A stretch of DNA of 64,000 nt from Candidatus Babeliales bacterium (lineage in GTDB: Bacteria; Babelota; Babeliae; Babelales; JANWKD01): assembly GCA_963762115.1 (NCBI GenBank), contig CAVXJH010000003.1, forward strand, positions 416,001-480,000. Direction: 5' to 3'. The notes below the pieces were generated by a model, which saw nothing but the letters and a program-made list of their open reading frames with translations, was not told the DNA's origin and made no database searches. The position numbers and the translations under genes are program-made. Shown piece by piece: positions 12,750 through 21,907 of this stretch (position 1 is the stretch's first letter; every line of letters begins with the position of its first letter).

Positions 12750-13712
12750 ATGTATATGAAATCACTATTTTTTAAAAGGTTAACACCTTTATTACTCACC
12801 GTTACACTCTTTGCAGCAATAAATATACAAGCAATGGAACAAGAAGAAGGACAAGAACCTTTTTCTGCTCAAGAACAAAGCGCCAATGCCGATAATGTTG
12901 TTGAACGTATATATAATGCTTTTAGCAAACAACTTGACGAAAGATTCACAGAATCACCTACAAATTTTCGCGAAGCAATTGCACAACTCAGATGTATTGC
13001 ACGATTACTTGAAGAATCTGAAGTTGAACTTCTTGAAGATTTCAACGTTACACAAGAAAACTGCACAATACATGGTATTAAACAACCATATCATATGCTT
13101 CATCCAATTTTTAAACATTGGTTCAAAAATGCTTACGAAAAAATCCTTCTTGAACATCCAAAAGTTATTGAAGCTGCTGATGTAATTCTTGAAAGATTAA
13201 GTGAAAATGTTTCTCATGAAAATATGAATAATTATGATAAAGCAATTACAAATCTGCCAAAAATTGTTACTGAATGCATCCAAGATCAATTCATTGATAT
13301 ACATGGTTGGCCACACAATATAAAACCCTCAATCACATTCAATGATTCGGGAGTAAAGCACATTTCATTTCTTCAAGATAATTATGTTTTTGAAGGATTT
13401 GGAACTGGTTGGATACATAAAACACGGTCACAACAAAGTCATTTAGAAAATATCAATAATAATCCTTCAGCATGGCTTAGCCGCAGCTCTACATTGGTTG
13501 ATGGAAAATTAGCAACAGGAATTGCATACGAATTAGGATTAGCTGAAGAAATAAACGGAGATATTAAACCATTAAAAGCCTCTAATGATAAAGAAGAACC
13601 AAGTGGTGTATTACCACCTCTTTGGGAAAAACCAACATTTAAAGAAGCTCTTAAAAAACGAGCTGAAGAAAATAAATTAAAGAAAAATAGAAATAGATGT
13701 ATTATAAGTTAA
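12750..13712 (+). CDS. Secreted putative effector, domain-B family, C-terminal CaaX (CIIS)
   Basis: Paralog of 11741; ends KLKKNRNRCIIS*. Confidence 0.8.
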   Translation: MYMKSLFFKRLTPLLLTVTLFAAINIQAMEQEEGQEPFSAQEQSANADNVVERIYNAFSKQLDERFTESPTNFREAIAQLRCIARLLEESEVELLEDFNVTQENCTIHGIKQPYHMLHPIFKHWFKNAYEKILLEHPKVIEAADVILERLSENVSHENMNNYDKAITNLPKIVTECIQDQFIDIHGWPHNIKPSITFNDSGVKHISFLQDNYVFEGFGTGWIHKTRSQQSHLENINNNPSAWLSRSSTLVDGKLATGIAYELGLAEEINGDIKPLKASNDKEEPSGVLPPLWEKPTFKEALKKRAEENKLKKNRNRCIIS

Positions 13713-13755
13713 AATCCATCTAGCATTTTTTAATCATATAGAAGGGACAATTTTT

Positions 13756-15624
13756 ATGAAATTATATATTAAACAGGGCAAAAAGGCCTTATTACTTTCT
13801 CTCGTATTATTTACCGGAATCACACTCAATGCAATGGAACAACAAGATAAGCCTGAATATAGTTCTTTCGTTGATAATCTAGAGATAGTACTAAAAAGAA
13901 ATAACAAACAACTCTGCGCAAAGCTTCTTCATCATTTCAATGAAGAAATTGAACAAAAAGAAGTAATTGAACAAGTTTCTATAGTTGCAAATTTAATACC
14001 ATATGCTGCACAAAAAAGTAATCAAGTAACCTCTGTACTTTGCAATGCACTGGTAAAAATTGTCCAGGCTAACGACTCATTAGCCTCAATAATTAAAGAA
14101 AAGATAAATCCTGTTATTCACACTTTAGTAGCACACCAAAGAAAAAAGGCTTTAAAAAAACTTCTTTGTATATTTGCTGATAACACTGAATCGGAAGAAT
14201 ATACAAGGATTAATCAAATTATACAAAGTAAGTTACAAAAAGGATTAACCGTATTTAATCCAGAAGAAAATTCTACCACAAAAGAAGCACTAAAATATAT
14301 TTATTCTACTATTGATTTGATACAAGAATCGATATCAAACCCACAACGCACAGTAATATTCTGCAATATGTTGCTAGGTCATTTTATTAGCCAAGAAAAA
14401 AATTTCAGAACAGACATGCAAAAAATTATTTCTCCAATCATTCATCCTCTAATTCAAGCTAATAACATTGAAGCATTAAAACAAATTCGATATATTTTCT
14501 CTGATTTTAAAGATAAAGATACACAAGAATACAAAATCATACATAAAGCAATTAAAAAATATAATTCAGTAATAAAATCCAAGCAAAATGAACAGCTTGC
14601 AAAATTATCAGAAAAAAGTCCTCATGAAAAAGTTGCAACTGAAGATAACGATCAAGAATTAAACTTTGCTCGCACTGTTAGTACAAGGGAAACTACCAAT
14701 CCAAGTGCGACTACTTTTGAAAATCCAATTGATTTTATGAGATTACAAAAGGAATCTGCTGAACTTACTGGTGTTCCGCTCTCAGATGAAGAAGCTGATG
14801 CATTTTTGATTAGAATTTTAGAAGAACACATCGACAATCACCCTTCTTGCAAGAAAATACCAAAAACATTTTATGAAGCTTTAGTGCGTCTTCAATGCAT
14901 TGCTCGTTTGTTTGATAAAACTCGCTTTTATATAGGTGATATGGAAATTACAGAGAATGATTGTGTGATTAATAACTTAGTTCTTCCTCATCATATGACA
15001 AATAAAAGATTTAAACAGTGTTTTGATATTGTCAAAAATCGAACCGTACTTCTTTCCCATGAAAAATCTGTTGAAGCAATAAATATCATTCTTGAAAGCA
15101 TCAGTAAAAAAGTAAAACCAGAAACGGCAGCCGAATATATAAAAGCAATTAATTGTTTACCCTCTTTTTTTTCTCATAACATTAAAAAGCAATTTAATAG
15201 AATGATGTATCAAGAATTATATAATATTCCTTTGATAACAACGGGTTTAAATTTTATTGGTTCGTTTGTTAATTATGACATAGTAAAAACCAAAATTAAA
15301 CCTTATGAAGTTATCTTCGATGAAGAAGACAGGATAACATCATTCAAATTTAAAAAATCTGGAATTAACGTTGAAATATCTAACATACATTGGATAGGAC
15401 AGGATCCTTGGGGTAAAGCAGTTATGGGAAGTGAAACATGTTATGGTACTGATCTAAACAATTTACACACTCTTCTAAATAGAAAATTTGAGGGACGAGC
15501 AACATATTTTGATGAAAACGACTTTATTTGGCGACTAAATTTTGAAGAAATGTTACAAAAACGTGCTCATGAAAATGAAAACAAGACACAAGAAAAGCAA
15601 CAATCAAAATGCATTATAAGTTAG
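13756..15624 (+). CDS. Secreted mosaic putative effector (2x domain A + domain B), C-terminal CaaX (CIIS)
   Basis: Internal repeat (CNAL/CNML...INPVIH/ISPIIH...EEY/QEY); PKTFYEALVRLQCIARL; ends QQSKCIIS*. Confidence 0.8.
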   Translation: MKLYIKQGKKALLLSLVLFTGITLNAMEQQDKPEYSSFVDNLEIVLKRNNKQLCAKLLHHFNEEIEQKEVIEQVSIVANLIPYAAQKSNQVTSVLCNALVKIVQANDSLASIIKEKINPVIHTLVAHQRKKALKKLLCIFADNTESEEYTRINQIIQSKLQKGLTVFNPEENSTTKEALKYIYSTIDLIQESISNPQRTVIFCNMLLGHFISQEKNFRTDMQKIISPIIHPLIQANNIEALKQIRYIFSDFKDKDTQEYKIIHKAIKKYNSVIKSKQNEQLAKLSEKSPHEKVATEDNDQELNFARTVSTRETTNPSATTFENPIDFMRLQKESAELTGVPLSDEEADAFLIRILEEHIDNHPSCKKIPKTFYEALVRLQCIARLFDKTRFYIGDMEITENDCVINNLVLPHHMTNKRFKQCFDIVKNRTVLLSHEKSVEAINIILESISKKVKPETAAEYIKAINCLPSFFSHNIKKQFNRMMYQELYNIPLITTGLNFIGSFVNYDIVKTKIKPYEVIFDEEDRITSFKFKKSGINVEISNIHWIGQDPWGKAVMGSETCYGTDLNNLHTLLNRKFEGRATYFDENDFIWRLNFEEMLQKRAHENENKTQEKQQSKCIIS

Positions 15625-15662
15625 AATATATATTTTTTAAACCATATAGAAGGGACAATTCT

Positions 15663-16499
15663 ATGAAATTATTTATAAAACAAGGTAAAAACACCTTATT
15701 ACTTTCTCTCGTATTATTTACCGGAATCACGCTTCAGGCAATGGAACAACAAGGGAGCGAATACGGCTATTTAGTTGATACTCTTGATGCAGCAATGAAA
15801 TCATCAAATCCCACTGCTTGCAAAGATCTTTTCGAAAGCTTTAGTAATGATCTTAACCAAAAAGATCCAATCGAACGAGCTGCTATTGTTGTTGGCTTAA
15901 CACAAGAAGCAGCAGCGAAAAAAAATGAACAATTAACAGGGGTATTTTGCAATGCACTCGTTAGTATTTATAACACTAGCCCCGGAATAACAGAAGCAAT
16001 GCAAGAAATAATAAGCCCTGTCATTCGTCCTTTGGCAGAGCACAAACAAATATCAGCATTGGGAAAAATTCACTGTATTTTTTCTAACAATATTGAAAGC
16101 GAAGAATATAGACAAATTGATGAAGCAATTAAAAATAAATTGCACGGTAATACAACAGTAAATACTGATGAAGATGAAGCAATTGCAAGATTATTACAAG
16201 AAGAAGTTCAAAGTCCTGATGACAATTTTGCACCTAAAGATAACGATCTCAACAGGGCACTAGCATTAAGTTTACAAACAGGCAGACAAGATGACGAACA
16301 AGCAGAATTAGAAAAAGCACTGCGTGCAAGCAGATTTACCAACCCTAGCGCACCCGTACTAACAGACATCGAAGAAGATGATGCAGTATTACGTATTGCA
16401 CTCGCAGAAAGCTTACAAGTAAACACACCAAATACCAACTCAAATCCAAGCATCTGGAACAATCTCCGCAACATATTTTTAGACGGCTTTGGTAGTTAA
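15663..16499 (+). CDS. Secreted putative effector, domain A + tandem ubiquitin-interacting motifs
   Basis: ATG 15663 after AGAAGGGA; DNDLNRALALSLQ, DEQAELEKALRASR, EEDDAVLRIALAESLQ. Confidence 0.8.
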   Translation: MKLFIKQGKNTLLLSLVLFTGITLQAMEQQGSEYGYLVDTLDAAMKSSNPTACKDLFESFSNDLNQKDPIERAAIVVGLTQEAAAKKNEQLTGVFCNALVSIYNTSPGITEAMQEIISPVIRPLAEHKQISALGKIHCIFSNNIESEEYRQIDEAIKNKLHGNTTVNTDEDEAIARLLQEEVQSPDDNFAPKDNDLNRALALSLQTGRQDDEQAELEKALRASRFTNPSAPVLTDIEEDDAVLRIALAESLQVNTPNTNSNPSIWNNLRNIFLDGFGS

Positions 16500-16509
16500 T
16501 ACTATTTCA

Positions 16510-16545
16510 ATGAACTGGTCATGCACCAATGTATGACCAGTTCAT
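16510..16545. terminator. Stem-loop ending the array
   Basis: atgaactggtcatgca-ccaa-tgtatgaccagttcat, 16-bp stem with one G:U. Confidence 0.6.
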
Positions 16546-16591
16546 GAACAAGAATCGTACAATACCAAAAAATATGATAGGCTAACCCATT

Positions 16592-17599
16592 ATGTTACGA
16601 CAAGAAATTAATACCTATATTGAGAAACATTCATTAATGCCCCCAGGTAGCCGCATTATTGTCGGCTTATCAGGTGGCCCTGATTCTGTTTTTTTGTTGC
16701 ACCTTCTCTATGGTTTACAAAAAACGTTGAATCTTACTATCATAGCAGCACATCTTGACCATCAATGGCGCATAGATTCTGCTTATGATGTATTTTTTTG
16801 CCAAAATTTAGCTCAATCATTGGGCATTCAATTTATCAGCGCAAAAGCATCCGAATTACAAACATCAATAAAATTTAATGGCTCACAAGAAGAAGTGGGT
16901 AGAAAATTACGTCGTCATTTTTTAGAACAGGTGCGCAGTGAACATAATGCCCATTTCATTGCACTTGGTCATCATGCACAAGATCAACAAGAAACATTCT
17001 TTTTACGCCTTGTGCGGGGAACAACTTTATCAGGACTCGTAAGTATGCGCCCTAAAAGTGGCTTTTATATCCGTCCCTTGCTAGTTACTAATAAAACTGA
17101 AATTATTACTTATTTAAAACAAAAGAACATTGCCTTTCTTCATGATTCAACAAATGACTCAGATTTATACTTACGCAATCGAATACGATCGAAAGTTTTA
17201 CCGGCACTTGAAATGTGCGACGCACGATTTAATGGCAATTTCGAACGAACGATGAAATCACTCCATGAAATGGAAGACTTTTTAATCAGACTCACTACAC
17301 AAACTTTCAACACCATAACAAAATTTGATGGTGCAAGTTATCACCTTGATATTTCTGCGTTTTTTGCTCTTGATCCAGTATTACAAAATCGCCTTCTCAT
17401 GCAATGGCTTATTGCTGAACAAGTACCTTATACGCCATCAGAAACATTTTTACATGAGATTAGACGTTTTTTAAGTAATAAAAAACATAAAGAACATTCT
17501 ATGCATCATCTCTGGTCTTTATATAAAGATTCAGGAGTGGCAACTATCATCAAGCATCAACCATATCATCTTGAAACGAATGAATTATCTTTACAATAA
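16592..17599 (+). CDS. tilS: tRNA(Ile)-lysidine synthetase (short form)
   Basis: SGGPDS, HLDHQWR, GHHAQDQQETF, IRPLL, DSTN...LRNRIR. Confidence 0.95.
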   Translation: MLRQEINTYIEKHSLMPPGSRIIVGLSGGPDSVFLLHLLYGLQKTLNLTIIAAHLDHQWRIDSAYDVFFCQNLAQSLGIQFISAKASELQTSIKFNGSQEEVGRKLRRHFLEQVRSEHNAHFIALGHHAQDQQETFFLRLVRGTTLSGLVSMRPKSGFYIRPLLVTNKTEIITYLKQKNIAFLHDSTNDSDLYLRNRIRSKVLPALEMCDARFNGNFERTMKSLHEMEDFLIRLTTQTFNTITKFDGASYHLDISAFFALDPVLQNRLLMQWLIAEQVPYTPSETFLHEIRRFLSNKKHKEHSMHHLWSLYKDSGVATIIKHQPYHLETNELSLQ

Positions 17600-18147
17600 A
17601 ATCGCCACGCCCGATCTTGTTCTTTTCCAATGCCTATGCGTTTATCCTCAATAATATTTTTTTGCGCTATTTCAATACCTTCAGTAATATACAAAGGTCC
17701 TTTTTTAGTAACATCAATACCATATAATTTTTTAGTAATATGCAAGGCTTGTGTTAATTTGCCTGGACCACTGGTAAGTTGATTGAGCTTTGTCGTTTTT
17801 CTATATTTCTCCATACTATCAATACCGGCAATTGGCTCCAAAGCTCGTATCAAAACTCCACCAGCGAGAACTGATTGTTTTTTTGCAACAACATTAAAGC
17901 AATAATAAAGGCCATAAATAAAATAAATATAAGCATGCCCTACAGGACCAAAAAGTGCTTCATTTGATTTTGTTTTCCCTCGAAATGCATGGCATGCAGC
18001 TTCGGTGCATTCATATGCTTCTGTTTCAACAATCATACCAGTACAATATTTTTCATCATCCTGACGAACAACGATCTTACCTAATAAATCACGCGCAACG
18101 GTAACGGTATCACGTTTATAAAATGCTCTCGGCAATACTTTTTTCAT
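17566..18147 (-). CDS. mpg: DNA-3-methyladenine glycosylase (AAG/MPG type)
   Basis: VARDLLGK, IVETEAY, YIYFIYG, VLIRALEP, GPGKL, RIGI, WRF. Confidence 0.93.
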   Translation of the reverse strand: MKKVLPRAFYKRDTVTVARDLLGKIVVRQDDEKYCTGMIVETEAYECTEAACHAFRGKTKSNEALFGPVGHAYIYFIYGLYYCFNVVAKKQSVLAGGVLIRALEPIAGIDSMEKYRKTTKLNQLTSGPGKLTQALHITKKLYGIDVTKKGPLYITEGIEIAQKNIIEDKRIGIGKEQDRAWRFYCKDNSFVSR

Positions 18148-18251
18148 AAAATTTCTTCCCTTGTAATAAATAACTTCTTTATTTACTCCTTTTGCAATTC
18201 TAGAGTATCTTGTAAAAAAGGCAGCAAAAAAAACGGCGTGAGGAAAAAGTA

Positions 18252-19292
18252 ATGAAGAATAAAAAACCTTATGAAAAAAACTTTCGCTGGCTCTTATTGC
18301 TTGCGATCCTCATCAATCTCCTTTTTCTCCTCTTTCTCTTTTTTATGAACTTTGATACTAACGATTTCTTTTTTAGTAAAAAAGATCCTGACCTCGTTGA
18401 ACATGATGCCCCTGTTGTTTTTGATTCTATGCCCGAAGAACCACAACCAGAACCGCCACAATCTCAAGAAATTGCTGCTCTAAAGCCACGTGCCTCACAA
18501 TTTGGCGCAACTGAAATGGTGCAAGAAGAACCTGAATTTAGCCCTGGCGTTTATGATCAAATAATCCCAGAATTTGTAGGTAAAGATCAACAAGATAATG
18601 AACAGGCAGAAGAACAAGAAGAAACAGTCGAAACTGAAAAAAACATTGAGCAAAAAGAAATCAAAGAAGAAAAAGAATCAGTTAAAAGTGAACACGATGA
18701 TGTGCAAGAAGTGCTTTTTAAACCAGAAATAAAACCTATTGAAGCCAAAGAATTAAAAAAAGCGCCACCAAAAATGCAAGGACAACAACAAAAAGCAAGT
18801 CAACGCACCAACACTGGCAATCAAGCAAAAATTGCATCGCCTATTGAAAAAAAATTAACGTTTAATGATTTAGCATCAGGATTTTTGGCCTCATGGCAAA
18901 ATGACGGCAATGATTGGCTTGAACGGGAGGGAAATGAAAATATTCGACCTGATTTTGAAGAAATGCGTTATCTCAGTTATCTGCAAAAAATTGCCTGGTA
19001 TATGCAAAATGCATGGCAACGGCAAGATCGTGTAATCTTACAAAAAGGACCTTCAGAAATTGTGGTAACCGGAGTTCGCGTTATCATTGATAAAAATGGT
19101 AATCTCAAAAATGCGCTCATGATGAAAACATGTGGCTTTCATGAACTTGATGATATGGTTATGAACGGGATTAGAGAAGCAAGCCCCTATCCTCCCCTAC
19201 CAGAACACTTCAAAAAAGAGGTTATGTCTTTTGATTTCGGCGTTAAACATTGGGCCTCAAACAGTCCCTTAAACTTTAATTTTAGGCGCTAA
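18252..19292 (+). CDS. TonB/TolA-like energy transducer (N-terminal anchor, acidic linker, TonB C-terminal domain)
   Basis: TM helix; IDKNGNL...GFHELDDMVMNGIREASPYPPLP. Confidence 0.7.
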   Translation: MKNKKPYEKNFRWLLLLAILINLLFLLFLFFMNFDTNDFFFSKKDPDLVEHDAPVVFDSMPEEPQPEPPQSQEIAALKPRASQFGATEMVQEEPEFSPGVYDQIIPEFVGKDQQDNEQAEEQEETVETEKNIEQKEIKEEKESVKSEHDDVQEVLFKPEIKPIEAKELKKAPPKMQGQQQKASQRTNTGNQAKIASPIEKKLTFNDLASGFLASWQNDGNDWLEREGNENIRPDFEEMRYLSYLQKIAWYMQNAWQRQDRVILQKGPSEIVVTGVRVIIDKNGNLKNALMMKTCGFHELDDMVMNGIREASPYPPLPEHFKKEVMSFDFGVKHWASNSPLNFNFRR

Positions 19293-19372
19293 ACGACAAA
19301 CTAGACTTTTTAATGCTTTCGTTTTATAACTAGAGCCAAATCTCATATAGATGAAGCATTAGAGAGGAGTCA

Positions 19373-20683
19373 ATGGCAAAAGTAATAATAATTGGAGCTG
19401 GGCTTACCGGGATTTCAACGGCCTATCATTTAGAAAAAAATAATTTTTTTGACTACCTTATGGTTGAGAAAGATGCAACAATAGGCGGTCTTTGTCGTTC
19501 AATTTGTGAAGATGGATTCACTTTTGATTATACCGGCCATTTACTGCATGCAAGCGATCAAGGATTTCAAAAATTAATTTATGATGTTGTTGGTATTGAC
19601 ACCTTAAATAGTATTTTCCGACGCTCATTTATTTATTCTCAAGATACTTTCACCAAATACCCCTATCAAATAAATTTATATGGATTGCCACCAAAAACTA
19701 TCGCTGAATGCATTGAAGGCTTTGCAACACGCAAAAAAAGTAAAAAACAATCACACGCTTTTTACGATTATGTCTTAGAAAATTTTGGAAAAGGAATTGC
19801 AAAAAACTTCTTTTTCCCCTTTCAAAAGAAAATATTTGCTTATAATTTAAAAAAAATCACCTCAACATGGATGGGGCGATTTGTACCTTCAACGTCATTA
19901 GAGCAAATGGTAAAAGGAGCATTAGTTGATGCAACACTCGAAAATAAGGTTGGCTACAATGCCCATTTTTATTATCCAAAACAAGGTGGCATACAATCAT
20001 GGATCACCAAATTAGCACAACAATTAAAAAATCCAATTCAAACTGAATGCGGCGTAACAAACATTGATCTTCGCACTAAGCAAGTTACCTTTTCAAATAA
20101 TCAGCATGAATCATTTGATATACTCATCAACACAATGCCACTTGATCAGTTATTGCAACGCTTGGAAGAAAAAACAAATAGCAGCTTAAAACAGGCTGCC
20201 AAAAATTTAATCTGTAATTCTGTTGTCAACTTTAATCTTGGCATTGCTCGCCCAGACATTTCTGATAAACATTGGATCTATTTTCCTGAATCAACCTATC
20301 CCTTTTATCGGCTTGGCTTTCCTCATAATTTTGCTCAAAGCATGGCGCCTGAAGGATTTAGTTCTTTATATGGAGAATTTTCGTTTATCAACAAGTCTCC
20401 ACGCTATGTAAAAGAGAAACTACATGCATCATTAACAGCAACAAAAAAGTTGTTTAACCTTAATCAAAAAGAAATAGTTACCGAAAAAATTATTCCCATT
20501 TCTCATGCCTATGTTATTTATGATTTTTGGCGAGAAAAAAATCTTCCTAAAATTCATCAACATTTACAAACGCAGAATATTCACTCAGTTGGTCGTTATG
20601 GAGAATGGAAATATTCAAGTATGCAAGAAGCAGTGCTCGATGGAAAAAAGATCGCAGAACAACTCATTGCAACGATACGGTAA
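19373..20683 (+). CDS. FAD-dependent oxidoreductase (HemY-like / UDP-galactopyranose mutase-like)
   Basis: IIGAGLTG, GGLCRS...GFTFDYTGH, YPKQGG, GRYGEWKY. Confidence 0.8.
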   Translation: MAKVIIIGAGLTGISTAYHLEKNNFFDYLMVEKDATIGGLCRSICEDGFTFDYTGHLLHASDQGFQKLIYDVVGIDTLNSIFRRSFIYSQDTFTKYPYQINLYGLPPKTIAECIEGFATRKKSKKQSHAFYDYVLENFGKGIAKNFFFPFQKKIFAYNLKKITSTWMGRFVPSTSLEQMVKGALVDATLENKVGYNAHFYYPKQGGIQSWITKLAQQLKNPIQTECGVTNIDLRTKQVTFSNNQHESFDILINTMPLDQLLQRLEEKTNSSLKQAAKNLICNSVVNFNLGIARPDISDKHWIYFPESTYPFYRLGFPHNFAQSMAPEGFSSLYGEFSFINKSPRYVKEKLHASLTATKKLFNLNQKEIVTEKIIPISHAYVIYDFWREKNLPKIHQHLQTQNIHSVGRYGEWKYSSMQEAVLDGKKIAEQLIATIR

Positions 20684-20709
20684 TATATAAAAAAGAGTAG
20701 GATTTTCGT

Positions 20710-21678
20710 ATGAAAGCATTTTATAATCAATGCAATGTGTTAGTCACTGGCGGCGCAGGATTTATCGGTTCACATATTGCGCAAACACTTGTTCAGTATG
20801 GTGCTTATGTTACCATTTTAGATAATTTCAAAACAGGAAAAATAGAAAATATTGCCAACATCAAACAATCTATTGCCCTCATCGAAGGTGATATTACGCA
20901 CTACGAAACATGCATAAAAGCAACGACATATCAGCAACTCATATTTCATTGTGCTGCAGAAACATCCGTTCCTGGTTCTATGCAAGATCCCCTCACCTGC
21001 CATACCGTCAATGTTACTGGTACTGCACATATGCTTGAAGCAGCGCGACACAATAAGGTAAAACGATTTGTCTTTTCTTCATCTTCAGCAGTATATGGCC
21101 AACAACCTGGCCTATGCACCGAAACAGCACTTTGCAATCCAACGTCTCCCTATGGCCTTTCAAAACTTATCGGTGAACTGCTTTGCAAACAATATACAAG
21201 CAATTTTGATCTAGAAACAATCAGTTTACGTTATTTTAATGTTTTTGGACCTCGTCAAGACCCTTTTGCCCCCTATGCTTCAGTAATTGCTCATTTTAAA
21301 GCAACAATGGCAGCAAATAAACCTATCGCCATCTTTGGGGATGGCCTGCAAACACGCGATTTTGTTCCCGTGAGTCAAATTGTAGAGACAAATCTTAAGG
21401 TAGGAATGCTCCCCGCTCAAGCCATTTCTGGCAGCGTTCTCAATTGCGCAACGGGTACAAGCATAACGCTACTGCAATTGATACAAAAATTAAAACATGA
21501 ATTCCCAAATTTTACCGAATCAATAACGTTCGCTCCTGCACGACCAGGTGATATAAAGCACACCAGTGCTGACTGTTCACGATATAAAAAATTAATGGAA
21601 CAGTATCAAGAACAATTTGGTATGCCAGCTTATCAAACAGAAAGCATATCAACTCCGATAAATCTCGAAATTTGCTAA
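20710..21678 (+). CDS. NDP-sugar epimerase/dehydratase (GalE/WbpP-like)
   Basis: VTGGAGFIGS, SSSSAVYG, YGLSK, RYFNVFGPRQDP, GDGLQTRDF. Confidence 0.93.
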   Translation: MKAFYNQCNVLVTGGAGFIGSHIAQTLVQYGAYVTILDNFKTGKIENIANIKQSIALIEGDITHYETCIKATTYQQLIFHCAAETSVPGSMQDPLTCHTVNVTGTAHMLEAARHNKVKRFVFSSSSAVYGQQPGLCTETALCNPTSPYGLSKLIGELLCKQYTSNFDLETISLRYFNVFGPRQDPFAPYASVIAHFKATMAANKPIAIFGDGLQTRDFVPVSQIVETNLKVGMLPAQAISGSVLNCATGTSITLLQLIQKLKHEFPNFTESITFAPARPGDIKHTSADCSRYKKLMEQYQEQFGMPAYQTESISTPINLEIC

Positions 21679-21907
21679 TGCTACCATCATTTTTATTGAA
21701 AATATGCTGACTCAGCCAGCAATTTTCACCTTTTTCGGGAAAATGACTTTATTTTTTTGTATGATTTTACCGTTTTTATAATTTTCCCACACATAAAAAA
21801 ACATTCAAACAAGATTAAAAACAGGGCTTTTCGCTTGCCTTTTTTGTCAATCATGATAATATTATAGCATAACTGTAATTTTTCTACTTAAAACAAAGGA
21901 GTTGCTC

